Source: Octopus vulgaris (taxonomy: Eukaryota). From it: DNA of 64,000 nt. Shown here piece by piece: positions 14,293 to 26,761 of this stretch. Location of the stretch: the NCBI GenBank assembly GCA_951406725.2, contig OX597823.1, forward strand, positions 55,614,001 through 55,678,000, given 5' to 3'. Position 1 is the stretch's first letter. Every line of letters begins with the position of its first letter. The position numbers and the translations under genes are program-made. Under the pieces are notes generated by a model. That model saw nothing but the letters and a program-made list of their open reading frames with translations. It was not told the origin of the DNA and did not search any database.

Positions 14293-14687
14293 CGTAGCTG
14301 TGCGTTGAGAAGCTTCCCAACCACATGGTTCCAGGTTCAGTCCCAGTGCGTGGTACCTTGGGCAAGTGTCGTTTACTATAACATTGGGCCGACCAAAGCC
14401 TTGTGAGTGGATTTGGTAGACGGAAACTGAAAGAAGCCTGTCTTATATATATATGTATGTGTGTCTTTGTGTCTGTGTTTGTCCCTACCAACCATCACTA
14501 GACAACCGATGTTGGTATGTTTACCTCCCAGTAACGAAGCAATTCGGCAGAAAAGACCGATAGAATAAGTACCAGGTTTACAAAGGATGAATGCAACGAT
14601 CGATTTCTTCGACTAAAGGCGAAGCTCCAATATGGCCCCAGTCAAATGACTGAAACATGTTTACAGAAAAAAAGAATAAAAGAACAA
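14293..14687 (+). mobile_element. SINE family B, near full length
   Basis: Head with ggttcagtccc B-box, CORE-like ggtaccttgggcaagtg, internal (TA)(TG) tract, tail ending aaaagaataaaagaa. Confidence 0.88.
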
Positions 14688-14699
14688 ATATGTATATAT

Positions 14700-14909
14700 A
14701 TTCTTTTATTCTTTTACTTGTTTCAGTCTTTTGACTGTGGCTATGCTGGAGCACCGCCTTTAGTCGAGCAAATTGACCCCAGGACTTATTCTTTGTAAGG
14801 CTAGGACTTATTCTATCGGTCTCGTTTGCCGAACTGCTAAGTTACGGGGATGTAAACACACCAGCATCGGTTATCAAGCGATGTTGGGGGGACAAACACA
14901 AACACACAT

Positions 14910-14941
<32 letters not shown>

Positions 14942-15098
14942 TCATATACGACAGGCTTCTTTCAGTTTCCGTCTACCAAATCCACTCACAAGGGTTTGGT
15001 GGGCCCGAGGACATATTAAGAAGACACTTGCCCAAGGTACGACGCAATGGGACTGAACCCGGAACCATGTAGTTGGTAAGCAAGCTACTTACCACAAC
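14700..15098 (-). mobile_element. SINE family B, near full length, inverted relative to its neighbour
   Basis: Reverse complement is collinear with 14293-14687. Confidence 0.88.
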
Positions 15099-15100
15099 GC

Positions 15101-15311
15101 AATAGAGGACAGATAGACGATACGAGGCGGACAAGAAAAACAACAATAAGAGGGACAGGAAAAAAAAGAGGCGGGTCATTCGTGGCTTTCTTTCGTCAGT
15201 CGGACATCTTGTAACTTGACTGACGAAAGAAAGCCACAAATGATCCGTCTTTTTTTTTCCCTTTCCGACTTCGTATCGTCTATCTGTCCGGATGTTTTAT
15301 TGTCCTCTATT
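15101..15311. repeat. ~210-bp imperfect inverted repeat (fold-back)
   Basis: Perfect 20-bp arms 15182-15201 / 15218-15237; outer arms ggacagatagacgatacga / tcgtatcgtctatctgtcc. Confidence 0.9.
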
Positions 15312-15863
15312 ACGTTTTTGTCCCATTTTAAAATTTATATATACATATAGCGACGCACGTACTCTTTTGCTCACCTTATAGTAAGTATGTATCTAAATTT
15401 TGTACGATTCTTTTGCTCTGTCTTTTAATACCCCTCATACGGTCTTCCTCTTTTCATTTTTTTGCTCCTCCTCTCTCACATTTCTTGGCCTTCTCTTTCT
15501 TTATCTCCCACCTTTTCCTCCTCGTTTATCTACTCTGTACCTTTCCCTTTGTCTCTTTGGTTTTTTCCAATCCTTCAATCCCGCTGCCCCCTACCCCTCT
15601 CTCCTCCTTCCACGTGACCGGTGTTCGGCCAGCCATGATCTTTCTTTTTTAGCCTGATTGCCGACTGACAACACTTATGTCCATCTTCAGCGTTCCTGCC
15701 TTAAAGCTTTCACTTTATACACGCCAGTTCAGTTTGACTCGTCCTCAGTCGAAAGTTGCTACTTTCTTGTTGTTTGTATTTGTCCACACGCTGTCCCTGT
15801 GTGTCTCTCCCTCCCTCTATGTCCCCCGCCCCACAGAGATTCATTCACTTTTACACATCAAAT

Positions 15864-16110
15864 ATCCGTTTGGCTGTCCTTGTTTGTCCCTTCTGTGTTT
15901 AGCTCCTTGTGGGTAGTAAAGAAATAGGTATTTCGTCTGCCGCTACGTTCTGAATTCAAATTCCACCGAGGTCGACTTTGCCTTTCATCCGTTCGGGGTC
16001 GATAAATTAAGTACCAGTTACGCACGGGGGTTGATGTAATCTACTTAATCCATTTGTCTGTCCTTGTTTGTCCCCTCTGTCTGTAGCCCCTTGCGGGCAG
16101 TAAAGAAATA
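15864..16110 (+). mobile_element. SINE family A dimer fragment (tail1-junction-B box-core-tail1)
   Basis: Junction aaagaaata|ggtatttcgtctg at ~15919-15940, same as in the 28.5-29.3 kb dimers. Confidence 0.85.
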
Positions 16111-16607
16111 AGAACATACATATATGTGGTTTTGATTATCACATGATAACATATTGTAAGCGCCTTTTTATTTTGACTTGGTGCTGCTAAGTATTTGGAC
16201 GTCTACGTAAAAGATGTCGCATATTAAAAGCATGTGTTAACTGTGTAGCAACCGAAATCATTTTAAGTAACGGTAGAGGTACCGACATTTTGTTTTATAC
16301 AAAAAAGAAAAACGAGTAAGTATTAACGAGTTTGCTTCAAGCTATTTGGTCGAGATAATTTCGTTATAGAGTGGAAGATATTTTAGATAGTAGCAGAAGT
16401 AAGATTATACTGCTAGCTATGTATGTTTAAGAGAATGAGTTCAATGCCTTGTTGTGTTCTCAGTTCGATTATAATCTAAATAAACAACATTTACTGAACG
16501 ATAAAGGACAAAAAACAATAACAACAAGATACAGAAAAGAAAAAAAAGGAAAGAAATTCCATGTCGAAAGGAATAAATAATTACTGTTATATAATACAAT
16601 CATCAAG

Positions 16608-16752
16608 GAAGAAGATAAAGAAGAAGAAGAAGAAGAAGAAGAAGAAGAAGAAGAAGAAGAAGAAGAAGAAGAAGAAGAAGAAGAAGAAGAAGAAGAAGAA
16701 GAAGAAGAAGAAGAAGAAGAAGAAGAAGAAGAAGAAGAAGAAGAAGAAGAAG
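16608..16752. repeat. (GAA)n tract, >40 units
   Basis: Directly visible; second (GAA)n tract at ~17132-17248. Confidence 0.95.
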
Positions 16753-17003
16753 ATAGAGGCGATGATGATGTTAATAGAAGGCGTTCGTGGGAGTGGTAGT
16801 GCTGGTGGTAGCAGTGGTGTTGTTGGCTGCGGCGGTGGTGCTGATAATGAATACCATGTTGATAAGAATCGTGTAGTAAAAGAAAACAATGAAGAAAAAC
16901 AATGAAAGAAGGAAGAAGAAAACAAATGAAAGGCGATGAAACTACTAAATACATAAAGAAAGTGAAAGATAAAAAGGAAAAAAAATACGACGACGACGAC
17001 GAC

Positions 17004-17051
<48 letters not shown>

Positions 17052-17683
17052 GGTGGTGGTGGTGGTGATGTTACTGGTCGTGGTAGCCGTGATGAAAATG
17101 TCTCCATGAAGGTAATAATCATGTAGGAGATGAAGAAGAAGAAGATGAAGAAGAAGAAGAAGAAGAAGAAAAAGAAGAAGAAGAAGAAGAAGAAGAAGAA
17201 GAAGAAGAAGAAGAAGAAGAAGAAGAAGAAGAAGAAGAAGAAGAAGAAGGGAGATAATATAAAGAGAAATCGTAATAAAAAAAAGCAATGATGATGAGGA
17301 GGAGGAGGGGAGCAGAAGTACTATGGCGATGATGATGATGATGAAGAAGGGGAAGCTGTTGAAAGTGGTGGGAGTGGTGCTAGCAGTGTTTTTTTTTTAG
17401 TGACGGTAATGTTAGTCGTGTGGCAGTGGTGGTAGTGGTAGTGATTGTGGTGGTGATTTCGATAGTGGTAATTTCGATGATGGTTTGGAAAAAGAAGAAT
17501 AAAAGAAGAGAAAAAACAACGAGAAAAAGCAACAACAAAAACAACGACCACGTCGGCGAAGGCGACGACAACATCAAGAACGCGAACGCAAAGAAGAATA
17601 AAAAAAAAAGAAGGAAACGAAAGAAAGGAAACGAAACAGTACTGAAAGTATTAAGAAACTAAGAGATAAAAGGGAAATATACG

Positions 17684-17913
17684 ATGACGACGACAAAGAT
17701 GATGATGATGATGATGACGATGATGATGATGATGACGACGACGACAGCGGCGGCGGCGAAGACGACGATGATTGTGATTGTAGTGTTGGAGGAATTGATA
17801 GTGGTAACGATGGTGATGGTGATGATGATGATGATAATGATGATGATGACGACGACGGCGGCGGCGAAGTCGACGATGATTGTGATTGTAGTGCTGGAGG
17901 TAATTGATAGTGA

Positions 17914-17947
<34 letters not shown>

Positions 17948-17961
17948 GGTGGTGGTGGTGG

Positions 17962-18033
<72 letters not shown>

Positions 18034-18185
18034 AGGTGGTGATGATGATGACGATGATGATGATGACGACGATAATGATGATAACGACGGCGACGACGAT
18101 GACGACGAAGACGAAGACGATGACTACAAAGATTAAGATTGTATTGGTGGAGGTAATTGATAGTGGTAATGATGATGATGATGAA
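17684..18185. repeat. (GAT)/(GAC)/(GGT) low-complexity tract with ~110-bp higher-order duplication
   Basis: gcggcggcgaag(a/t)cgacgatgattgtgattgtagtg(t/c)tggagg..attgatagtg at ~17750 and ~17860; third degenerate copy at ~18130. Confidence 0.85.
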
Positions 18186-18480
18186 TGCTGAAGTGCAAAA
18201 AAAAAAGAAAGAAAATAAAGAGAAAAAAAAAAGGAAAATGAAGAGAATAAGAGAATGTCCTCTCTATCACAGCGGAGCAGATGAGATCTGTGTGAAAATA
18301 TGCTGTAGGTTAGCGCGAGCAGATCAATCAGCAATTTCAAATGAAACTTCGTTCATGGTTTAAATGGCTGCCAAATCGGTCAACCATTAAAATCTAACTT
18401 ATCGATAATATAAATTGCTTAAATCAACAGACGATAGTTACAAAAAGAGACTAATCAGAAAGAAAAATAATTTGAATAAC

Positions 18481-18551
<71 letters not shown>

Positions 18552-19284
18552 TAATAATAACAACAACAACAACAACAATAATAGTAATAATAATAATAAT
18601 AGTAGCAAAATTAAATTGAATGAGGACATATAGTAAAAACTATAAATGAAAGAAAAAAAATGTCGTCGTTGTTATTGAAAAGCTTTCATAAAAGCCAGGA
18701 TGACTCACAGACAGAAGGCCAGTTCTTGGAGCTAGCTTCTATGGAGAGATAAAATAGATGAGAAACAATAATGTTACAAGCTCAGGTTTACATCGACTTT
18801 AACACCTACACGTTGAAAGCAAACAGATTAGATGGACTGCAGCAAATAGCTGCAGTAAGAATGTTTGGTTGATCAAATTATTTAGACTATGCAATATTGA
18901 TGTGGCTCGTTCATACATAGGTACACTCGCACATACGCATTCACATATGGACTGTCTGCCTACGTACATATATTTATATATGTATTTGTTAACATACCTA
19001 CACATGCACACGAACACATATACGCACACACCTACAAATGATGCACAAATATACATACATGTCTATGAAATTAGTGGAGTACCATTTCTTATTGGGTGTG
19101 TTAGATTCAGATTCCCGTCTATTTAAAGGCTTCCTAAAAAATTGTCTAAAAGGTGTTTTTCTAGTTGTACATACAAACATATTTTCATGCAAAACAGATA
19201 CATACATACATACATACATACATACATACATACATACATACATACATACATACATACATACATACATACATGCATATATACTTT

Positions 19285-20225
19285 GTTGTAGAAATCAGTT
19301 GCCCTCTGGACACCAGTGTGGTTAGAAAAATAATGGACCATTGATAAGTAGATCGCAAATCCAGTACCCAAGATACACGTTCAGCTTCATATCTATTACT
19401 TTCGGAGCAACAGGATACATGCCAACTTGTCTTAAGCAAAGTATTTACAGTTGGGGTCATATGTAAAGACCTCGAGACACCTACTGACCCATGCAATGAA
19501 AGCCAGAAGGGCCAAAAAAGTGTTGCGATACCTGAAGCACAATGGACAAACCATCAAAATCTTTTCAGATGAAAATATCTTTACCGTTGATGCTGTGTTA
19601 AACTGTCGCAATGATCGATATATTGCTAAGTCACCATCTGAAGTAAAGGGCATCTTTAGGACCAAGCATCCATCTCAAGTCATGGTACTCGAAGTCGTGG
19701 CATTTGACGGAAAAAAAGATGCCTGGGGAAAACTAGGGGGCTGAAGTTTATTATAAATTTCTGCGGTATAAGGTTTTGCCTTGGCTGAAGTCTAACTACC
19801 CCAACGGTAATTATGTGTGGACCCAAGATAGTGCTCTAGTTCACACGGCGAACAAAGTGCAGAAATTCTGCGAAGATAACTTCGCTGACTTTTGGCCTGC
19901 AAACCTCTGGCCTTCTTTCGGCCCAGACTTGAGCGCCCTGGACTATGCAGTATGGAGCAAACTGGAGCAGTCTACCAACAGAATTTCGTATCCAAGTGTT
20001 GATCATCTTAAGCAAATCCTGAAAGAAAACTGGGATAGCATGTCGGAGTACTTCATCATTAATTGTTGTGACACCTTCAGGCGGCGTGTGAAGGCTGTGG
20101 TGGACAATGAAGGCAGACATATTGAATAAATGGTCTCTTTATATCCTATAAAATTGTGTTAAAATTATATTTGTCAGGTTACTGGTTGTTGTAAATTATT
20201 TTCCAAGATTCGGTTCCCCACCATG
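19285..20225 (+). mobile_element. Tc1/mariner maT-type (DD37D) transposon relic
   Basis: Frames 19451-19744 and 19776-20129: FSDE...NDR, KHPSQVMV, QDSA-x-PDLSALDYAVW with 37 residues between the 2nd and 3rd Asp; right end ...ccccaccatg|TA. Left end not found. Confidence 0.85.
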
Positions 20226-21375
20226 TACACACACACACACACACACACACAATTGGTACATTTGATTTTGTGAGTAAATGCCTAAATGACAATCTGTAAG
20301 AAAAAGGTAGGTTTTTCAGAAAAAGAAATCAACGAGCAAACACGCATATCACAGATACAGTCTTTAACCGAAACAATAAAAATACGAAAGACCTTCCTAA
20401 AGTTCAAAATATGAAATCGCCTTTGTTATCTAGATTCCAACGTCGGAGATTTGTATCATTGTTATAAACCAGCTTCTCCTCCCTTGCAGGAAGACTTCAA
20501 CTAATTAACATAAACTCATACACGGTAGAGGTCGCTTATTACGATCGCTTTTGGACAGTGCCTTGTAGATAACAATAGCATTAAGCATAGAATATCCTGA
20601 TCATCATGTTTGAAATCCAGTAATTTTAATAATAGTAGCCGTTTGACCACATTATTCTGGATTTATAATTGGCTTTTTAGTGGCATCAGTTATTATTAAG
20701 AATATGCCGGGGTACCACATCAATAGGTTTAGTCAATAATACTTTGCCTGATTCTTATTTCAATAATTGTTATTTTATCGATTTCAGAGGTGAAGGCAAA
20801 TTATTGAACTTTCTAATTATAGATACTGTAATTCTAAATGAGGTTTCACTTTCCTTGCTAAGTGGATGTAGCGTGTACGAATGGTTAAAATACGCCTTCG
20901 AAATCGTGTCGTCTCGTGTTCAGTCTCACTAAATGGCATCCTGGGCAAGCGTCTTTTGCGATAGCATCGAATTAACCGAGGTTCGATGAGCAAGTAATTC
21001 AGTTGATTGAATCACTGAATACTCATCATTCAAATCAACGGAGATCCATTTACATTTATTTAAGTATATTGTGGATTAAATGCAAATGCACTTAATCAGA
21101 CGGGTTGACAACGAATTAAAATTGAATAACCAACTCTCACTCTTTCTCTCTCCTTCTCGCTCTGTCTCTGCTTCTTTGTGTGTCTTTCTCTATCTCTCTC
21201 GCTCCCCTCTCTATCACTCTTCCTCTCTATTCCTCTACCTCACTCTTTCTCTCTCTGCTTCTTTGTCTATCTCTCTATTTCTTTCTCTCTTTCTTTCTTT
21301 CTTATATCAGAATATAAGAATTTAATGTAAAAAAAAAAAAAATTGGTGGCCATGTACACTTACTGACACATACAC

Positions 21376-21415
<40 letters not shown>

Positions 21416-21884
21416 GCACGCACGCGCGCATATATATATACACAAAATGAAACTTGAAATTTTGGCAAAATTGTGATGTGTACCAGTATGCGTGTGAGTG
21501 TGTTAGTAATTGTGTGTGCATTTGTGTGTGTGTGTGTGTGTGCGTGTATGTGTGTGTGCGCGCGCGCGCGTAGCCAGCGATGTTTTCCACATTAAATTCC
21601 AATATAATCGTAATCTACATAATGTGAAAAGTATTTGCAGAAAATTTTCTTATAAAAATAGCAGTTTTTCTTAAATCTATGAAGAAACAAAAATGTGGGG
21701 TAGGCACATTTTTGTTGGTTTGCTGTGTTTCAATCCCATCGATGTTTGTTTTCACCTTCTTATTCTCGGAGCCGATAAATGAAGTACCACTTAGCTACAC
21801 ACGAATGTTCCAGGCTGTCCCCTTCCGTCAAAATGCGTGGCTTCCTGCCTAAATCAGAGATTAAAAAAAAAATAAAAAATAAAT

Positions 21885-22115
21885 GTTCCTTCTCGAGCCA
21901 TGCCAGGCTCATAAGGACCACTTTCCTGGTTTCAGTGGCGTACGGAACGCCGGTCCGTCGCAGGATTACTCATTTTTGCCAGCTGAGTGGACTGGAGCAA
22001 CGTGAAAATGAATTGTTTTACTCAAGAATACAACGCACCCCCCGGTCAAGGAATCGAAACCACAACCTTACGACCATGAGTTTAAAACCCTAACCAATAA
22101 GCCACGCGCCTCCAC
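21885..22115 (-). mobile_element. tRNA-derived SINE family C
   Basis: Minus head gtggaggcgcgtggcttattggttagg...gtggtttcgattcc; TSD-like aaat(c/t)agagatta at 21851 and 22116. Confidence 0.85.
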
Positions 22116-22149
22116 AAATTAGAGATTAATACTTAGAATAGACGTGACG

Positions 22150-22359
22150 TTGAGGTGGCAGAATGTTTAGGAGGCCGGAAAACATACTTAACGGCATTTC
22201 TTCCGGATATACGTTCTGAGTTCAAACGATGCCGAGATCGACTTTCACTTTCATCAATTCGAGCTCTATAAAATAAACACCAGCATTGCATTGGGGTTGA
22301 TCTTATCAATTAGCCCTTTTCCCCAAAAATTTTAGGCCTTCTGACTATAGTGGAAACGA
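22150..22359 (+). mobile_element. SINE family A, diverged
   Basis: tggcagaatgtttag...gagttcaaac...gatcgactttcactttcatc. Confidence 0.75.
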
Positions 22360-23294
22360 ATATTTTGAATTGAGAAAAATAAATCACAATTGAAACTATT
22401 CTTATAAGTAAACTAATAATATACACATTTGTACACACCACCTACGTGAATCTAGAATTGTTCAATAAATTCATTCGAATACAGAAAGCATACCGAAGTA
22501 AGTTTGGTATTTAAATATAAAATCAAATTTTAATAACACAATCACCTATCAAATTAACATTGAAAGAACACTAACCGTAGTCTACAAATCCACTGGATAT
22601 ACAATTCATTTTAAACACATACTTGCAAACACAAACACACGCTTATATGTGTGTGTGTGTGCACGGATATATGTGTATACATACATACTACACACACACA
22701 CTCACACACCCAGATTCACAAATACATGTATATATTTTTTTTATGTGTTTGTGTGTGTGTTTGTGCGCGCGTGTGTATGTAAACAGTCACGTTTTTATTG
22801 GAAATATAAATTTTAACTGAACAGAGGAAAGAATAAATATTCATATTAAATGAAATAAATGTATTTGCGACTTAATAATAACTATATAAATAAATAAACA
22901 GGAACGACCTTCCATTTCACTTCAATAGATTACCAAAACCAATCTCAAAAGAACAGATTCTCTTTCATGCAACCAATTATCACATAAGACCTCCCGCTTA
23001 ATTCCAGCCTACCATTTTATAAAAGTTTTTTTTTTAACATTTATAACTAATTGGAGGCTAGACCATCAATTACTTTTGTGCATACATTTTATATGCTTCT
23101 TAACTAACCCAGTTGCTAAAATATTAATTTTAACCTCTTGTTGATACAAATATTATTATGATATAGGTAGATGTGTGCTTGAAAGATCAACTGAGCTTTT
23201 TTTTTTCTTTTTTTTTGTACAGTAAACGAAGCTCATTACACAAAATTATAGACCCCGATAGAGAAGACTGACAAATTGGTATATGTATACGATT

Positions 23295-23635
23295 TTATTT
23301 GTTTCAGTCATTGGTGAATGGCCATACTAGGGCACTGCCTTGAAAGATTTTAGTTGAACAAAATGAACACAGTACTCATGAGCTTTAAAAAGAAAAGCTT
23401 ATTTTATCGTTTTTTTTTCGCTGAGCCGTTATGTTCCGGGGATGTAAACAAATCAAAACCGAGTCTCAAGTAACAAGTCTATTATATATATTGCCGAAGA
23501 GCGTAGGCTCGAAACGTCAAAGACTTTTCCATTCTTCCCGAGCGCCAAACTAATACACATTACTGGTTATTCCCTCACCTGTCTTCGTCTTTTGCCTTCT
23601 CTACATACATACATACATACACAAACACACACACG

Positions 23636-23686
<51 letters not shown>

Positions 23687-23705
23687 TCACACGCGCGCAC
23701 ATATA

Positions 23706-23761
<56 letters not shown>

Positions 23762-23890
23762 CGACGAGCTTTCTCTCAGTTTCCGACAGCCAACTTCAAT
23801 CGGTGGTAGAAAGAAGACAGTTGCCCAAATTGCTGCGCGTAGGTCCGAACCCGAAACTATTTATCTGGAATAGATCTTCTTAACCACACA
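23295..23890 (-). mobile_element. Diverged SINE family B with a Penelope-like fragment (~23491-23592) inside
   Basis: Tail ttgtttcagtcatt..., head ttgcccaa...gaacccgaaac; insert homologous to 35892-35992. Confidence 0.65.
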
Positions 23891-23989
23891 GTTATTCTTG
23901 ATGCCAGGAAACTTTTTTTTCGGTTGTACACTTTATGTGTATTGCTTATTTATTTTCTTTAACAGTCTGTTTACCAACAAATAATTGCA

Positions 23990-24420
23990 TCAGATGGAAT
24001 TGAGGAGGTTCCAGAGGTTCATCCAGGAATGTACATCAGCCTCGTAAATAGATATACATTTATGATACCATCGAGATGGTATCACATAAATGCTTGCAGG
24101 CCAGTCACTCTACATCGTTTACAGTATGGTTGGCATCACAGGAGCCAGTATGTAGAAGGTTATCGAGTTGACAGTGGAGGCAGCAGAGGTTGCTGAAAGG
24201 AGCAGTGCCAGCAGAGGGAGTGCAAACTGGACTTAATTTGGCGATTGATCAAGTCCTGATGGCTCATCTGAGGCAGCATGTTTGATGTTGAAAGATCCGA
24301 ATTACCTAATGATTCTTGGAAACACCAATGATAAATTGTCCAAGTGCATCACAGGATTGTATATGGAAAAACTATGTCGTCTGCTTAGCATGAGGTTTTC
24401 TGCACATGAGGCTACTGCGC
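23990..24420 (-). mobile_element. Highly decayed CR1/Jockey-like LINE remnant
   Basis: Minus strand traces: gcagacgacata (ADDI) and atgaacctctggaacctc (NLWNL, like the LWNxLP motif); frames are broken. Confidence 0.35.
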
Positions 24421-24569
24421 GTTAAGAAAAAATATAATGGATTATAAACGAACGCTTTTACTGCAGATATCACCTACGATGGAGCTACGTTTTATATATA
24501 TCTTTTATTAACTATGCTGGTAATAATTTGAACACATTTCTCCTGAACTTCCTTTACATAATTTTGCTT

Positions 24570-24853
24570 GTTCCTTCTTAAGCCATGCCTAGCTCATAAG
24601 GGCCGGTTTCCCAGTTTCATTGGCGTATAGGTTCCCCACCTGGATGGGAAGCCGGCCCGTCGCATGTAAGCTGCAAGATGCAGGAGGAAAGAATGAGAGA
24701 AAGTTGTGGCGAAAGAGTCAGCAGAAGTTCGCCATTACCTTCTGCCGGAGCTGCGTGGAGCTTAGGTGTTTCGCTCATAAACACACACATCGCCCGGTCT
24801 GACATTCGAACCCGTGATCCCTCTGCTCTAACCACTAGGCCATGTGCCTCCAC
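24570..24853 (-). mobile_element. SINE family C variant
   Basis: Minus head gtggaggcacatggcctagtggttagagc...gggttcgaat; TSD-like ttacataatttt on both sides. Confidence 0.8.
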
Positions 24854-25354
24854 TTACATAATTTTAGGTGAATTTAAATATATTATCTCAAATTTTATAC
24901 AAGTATATGAGTTTCAACATTAATAGCAATTGGAAGTCAGTCTAAGGTACAAAGACATCAACAATTTATGACGTTAAGCTGTTTTTGTTCCTATCTACTT
25001 CAGATCTCATTAATCTTTCCGCTTTCTCTCTTTCTCTCTCCAATTATCTCCTCGCTTTCTCTCGCACTCTAATATTCTATCTCACTTACATACTACCCAC
25101 ACATGCACGCATACACATATACACTGTCTCACTCAACTCTATATTTCTTACTCATGTATATACAGTGTCTGCATTGGAACACTATAATTCATAATATTCT
25201 TCTTTTAATAATCATATATTCGAAAAGTTACTGTGCGGAGTCTAATAGCATGGAATATTATACACGTTTTTCTAAAAAATTTTCGCTCTTAAATTTTCTT
25301 ATATCTATAAAATATTCAGACATTAATGTTCTATGAATCTATTATGTTTTATGA

Positions 25355-25407
<53 letters not shown>

Positions 25408-25495
25408 TATATATATATACTTATATACACACTCATATACATGCAATCATACGTACATACATACATCCATACATACATACATACATAAATACGAA

Positions 25496-26071
25496 TGAAG
25501 ACCTCAATGAAATGTATGCACAACAGGCTTGATATAATGATTTGTGATAGAGAAGAGAAACTGTGTACAGTGGTGGAAATTAGCTGCTAAGTGGATGTTA
25601 ATATAAAGCTGAAGATCAGTGAAAAATACAATGCCTACGCTGAACTATTGAGATATCTGCAGTTACTCTATCCAGATTATAAGTTCAGGTTTATACCTGT
25701 AGTTATTGGGGCCCTAGGATATGTAACACACTGCCTAAATACCAATATTGAGAAATTAGGTTTCTCAAAACCAGAAAAGAAAAAGCTAATTCGAATACTA
25801 CAGATCCAATCCATCACTGAACTGTAAAAATCTGTAAAACTTTCTAGAAATTTATCATTTATAAATATGTGGACATATCTAGATATGCAACTATGTGCAT
25901 GAGACTACATACATAAAGTAAAACATGCAAATCTGCACATATACATACGTACATACATGCATACATACAAACAATCAAAAATACCGTTGTTGATGTTGAA
26001 ATTCCAGTGAAGGAGCCTTGGATTTAAGTTAGAAACCGACTCTTTCTCTATTGAAATAAGACTGAACAATG
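25496..26071 (+). mobile_element. 5'-truncated RLE-type (R2/R4/NeSL group) LINE 3' end, bounded by (ACAT)n
   Basis: HNR(L)DIMI-x-REEKLCTVVEISC...EK..Y..L...FIPVVIGALG endonuclease motifs; the 3'UTR runs into (ACAT)n at 26072. Confidence 0.85.
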
Positions 26072-26761
26072 ACATACATACATACATACATACATACATA
26101 CATACATACATACATACATACATACATACATACATACGTACATTAAATGTAAAATCTAACAATCCAATGCAAATATATATAAATGTGTCTGCATATATCT
26201 GTGGGTGACTGAATATATGTGTGTGTGTGTGTGTGTGTGTGAACGTATCAGTGTGTTTTTTTATATATGTACATGCATGTCTATATATGGATGTATAGAT
26301 AAGTGAGCAATATGTATTCGTTTTTATGTATAGATAGCCTTTACCCACAGGCATCATATGACGTTAGCAATAATCAACTTATCTACAAGCCCGATAAATC
26401 ATCCTTGTACGATATTTGCAGCCGGAGAGCTTTCGCGAGTCTCTCTGGTAACATTTAATCACTTATCTCTCTTTTTTATTTGTTTCTTACCCGCCTAATA
26501 CCAACTGAAAATTGCTTCCATAATTTAGTTTAACAGGTTGGTTGCTATCCCTATCATAGTAACCTATGCAAACATTGAATAATCTAGTAATATTACATAT
26601 AAATGTTACACTTCACTGGAGATTTGATCATACAGTTTGATTACGTAATTTATACCATATAGCTAATAGTCTTTCTTCGTTATAAACAATCTCACATGCT
26701 TTGTTTTATACACATATACACATACATACATACATTCATACATGCATGCATATGTGGTGAT

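Noticed and set aside
20434-20496. Hammerhead-like arrangement on the minus strand (ggag...ctcc stem)
   Set aside because: Both CUGANGA and GAAA cores are corrupted.
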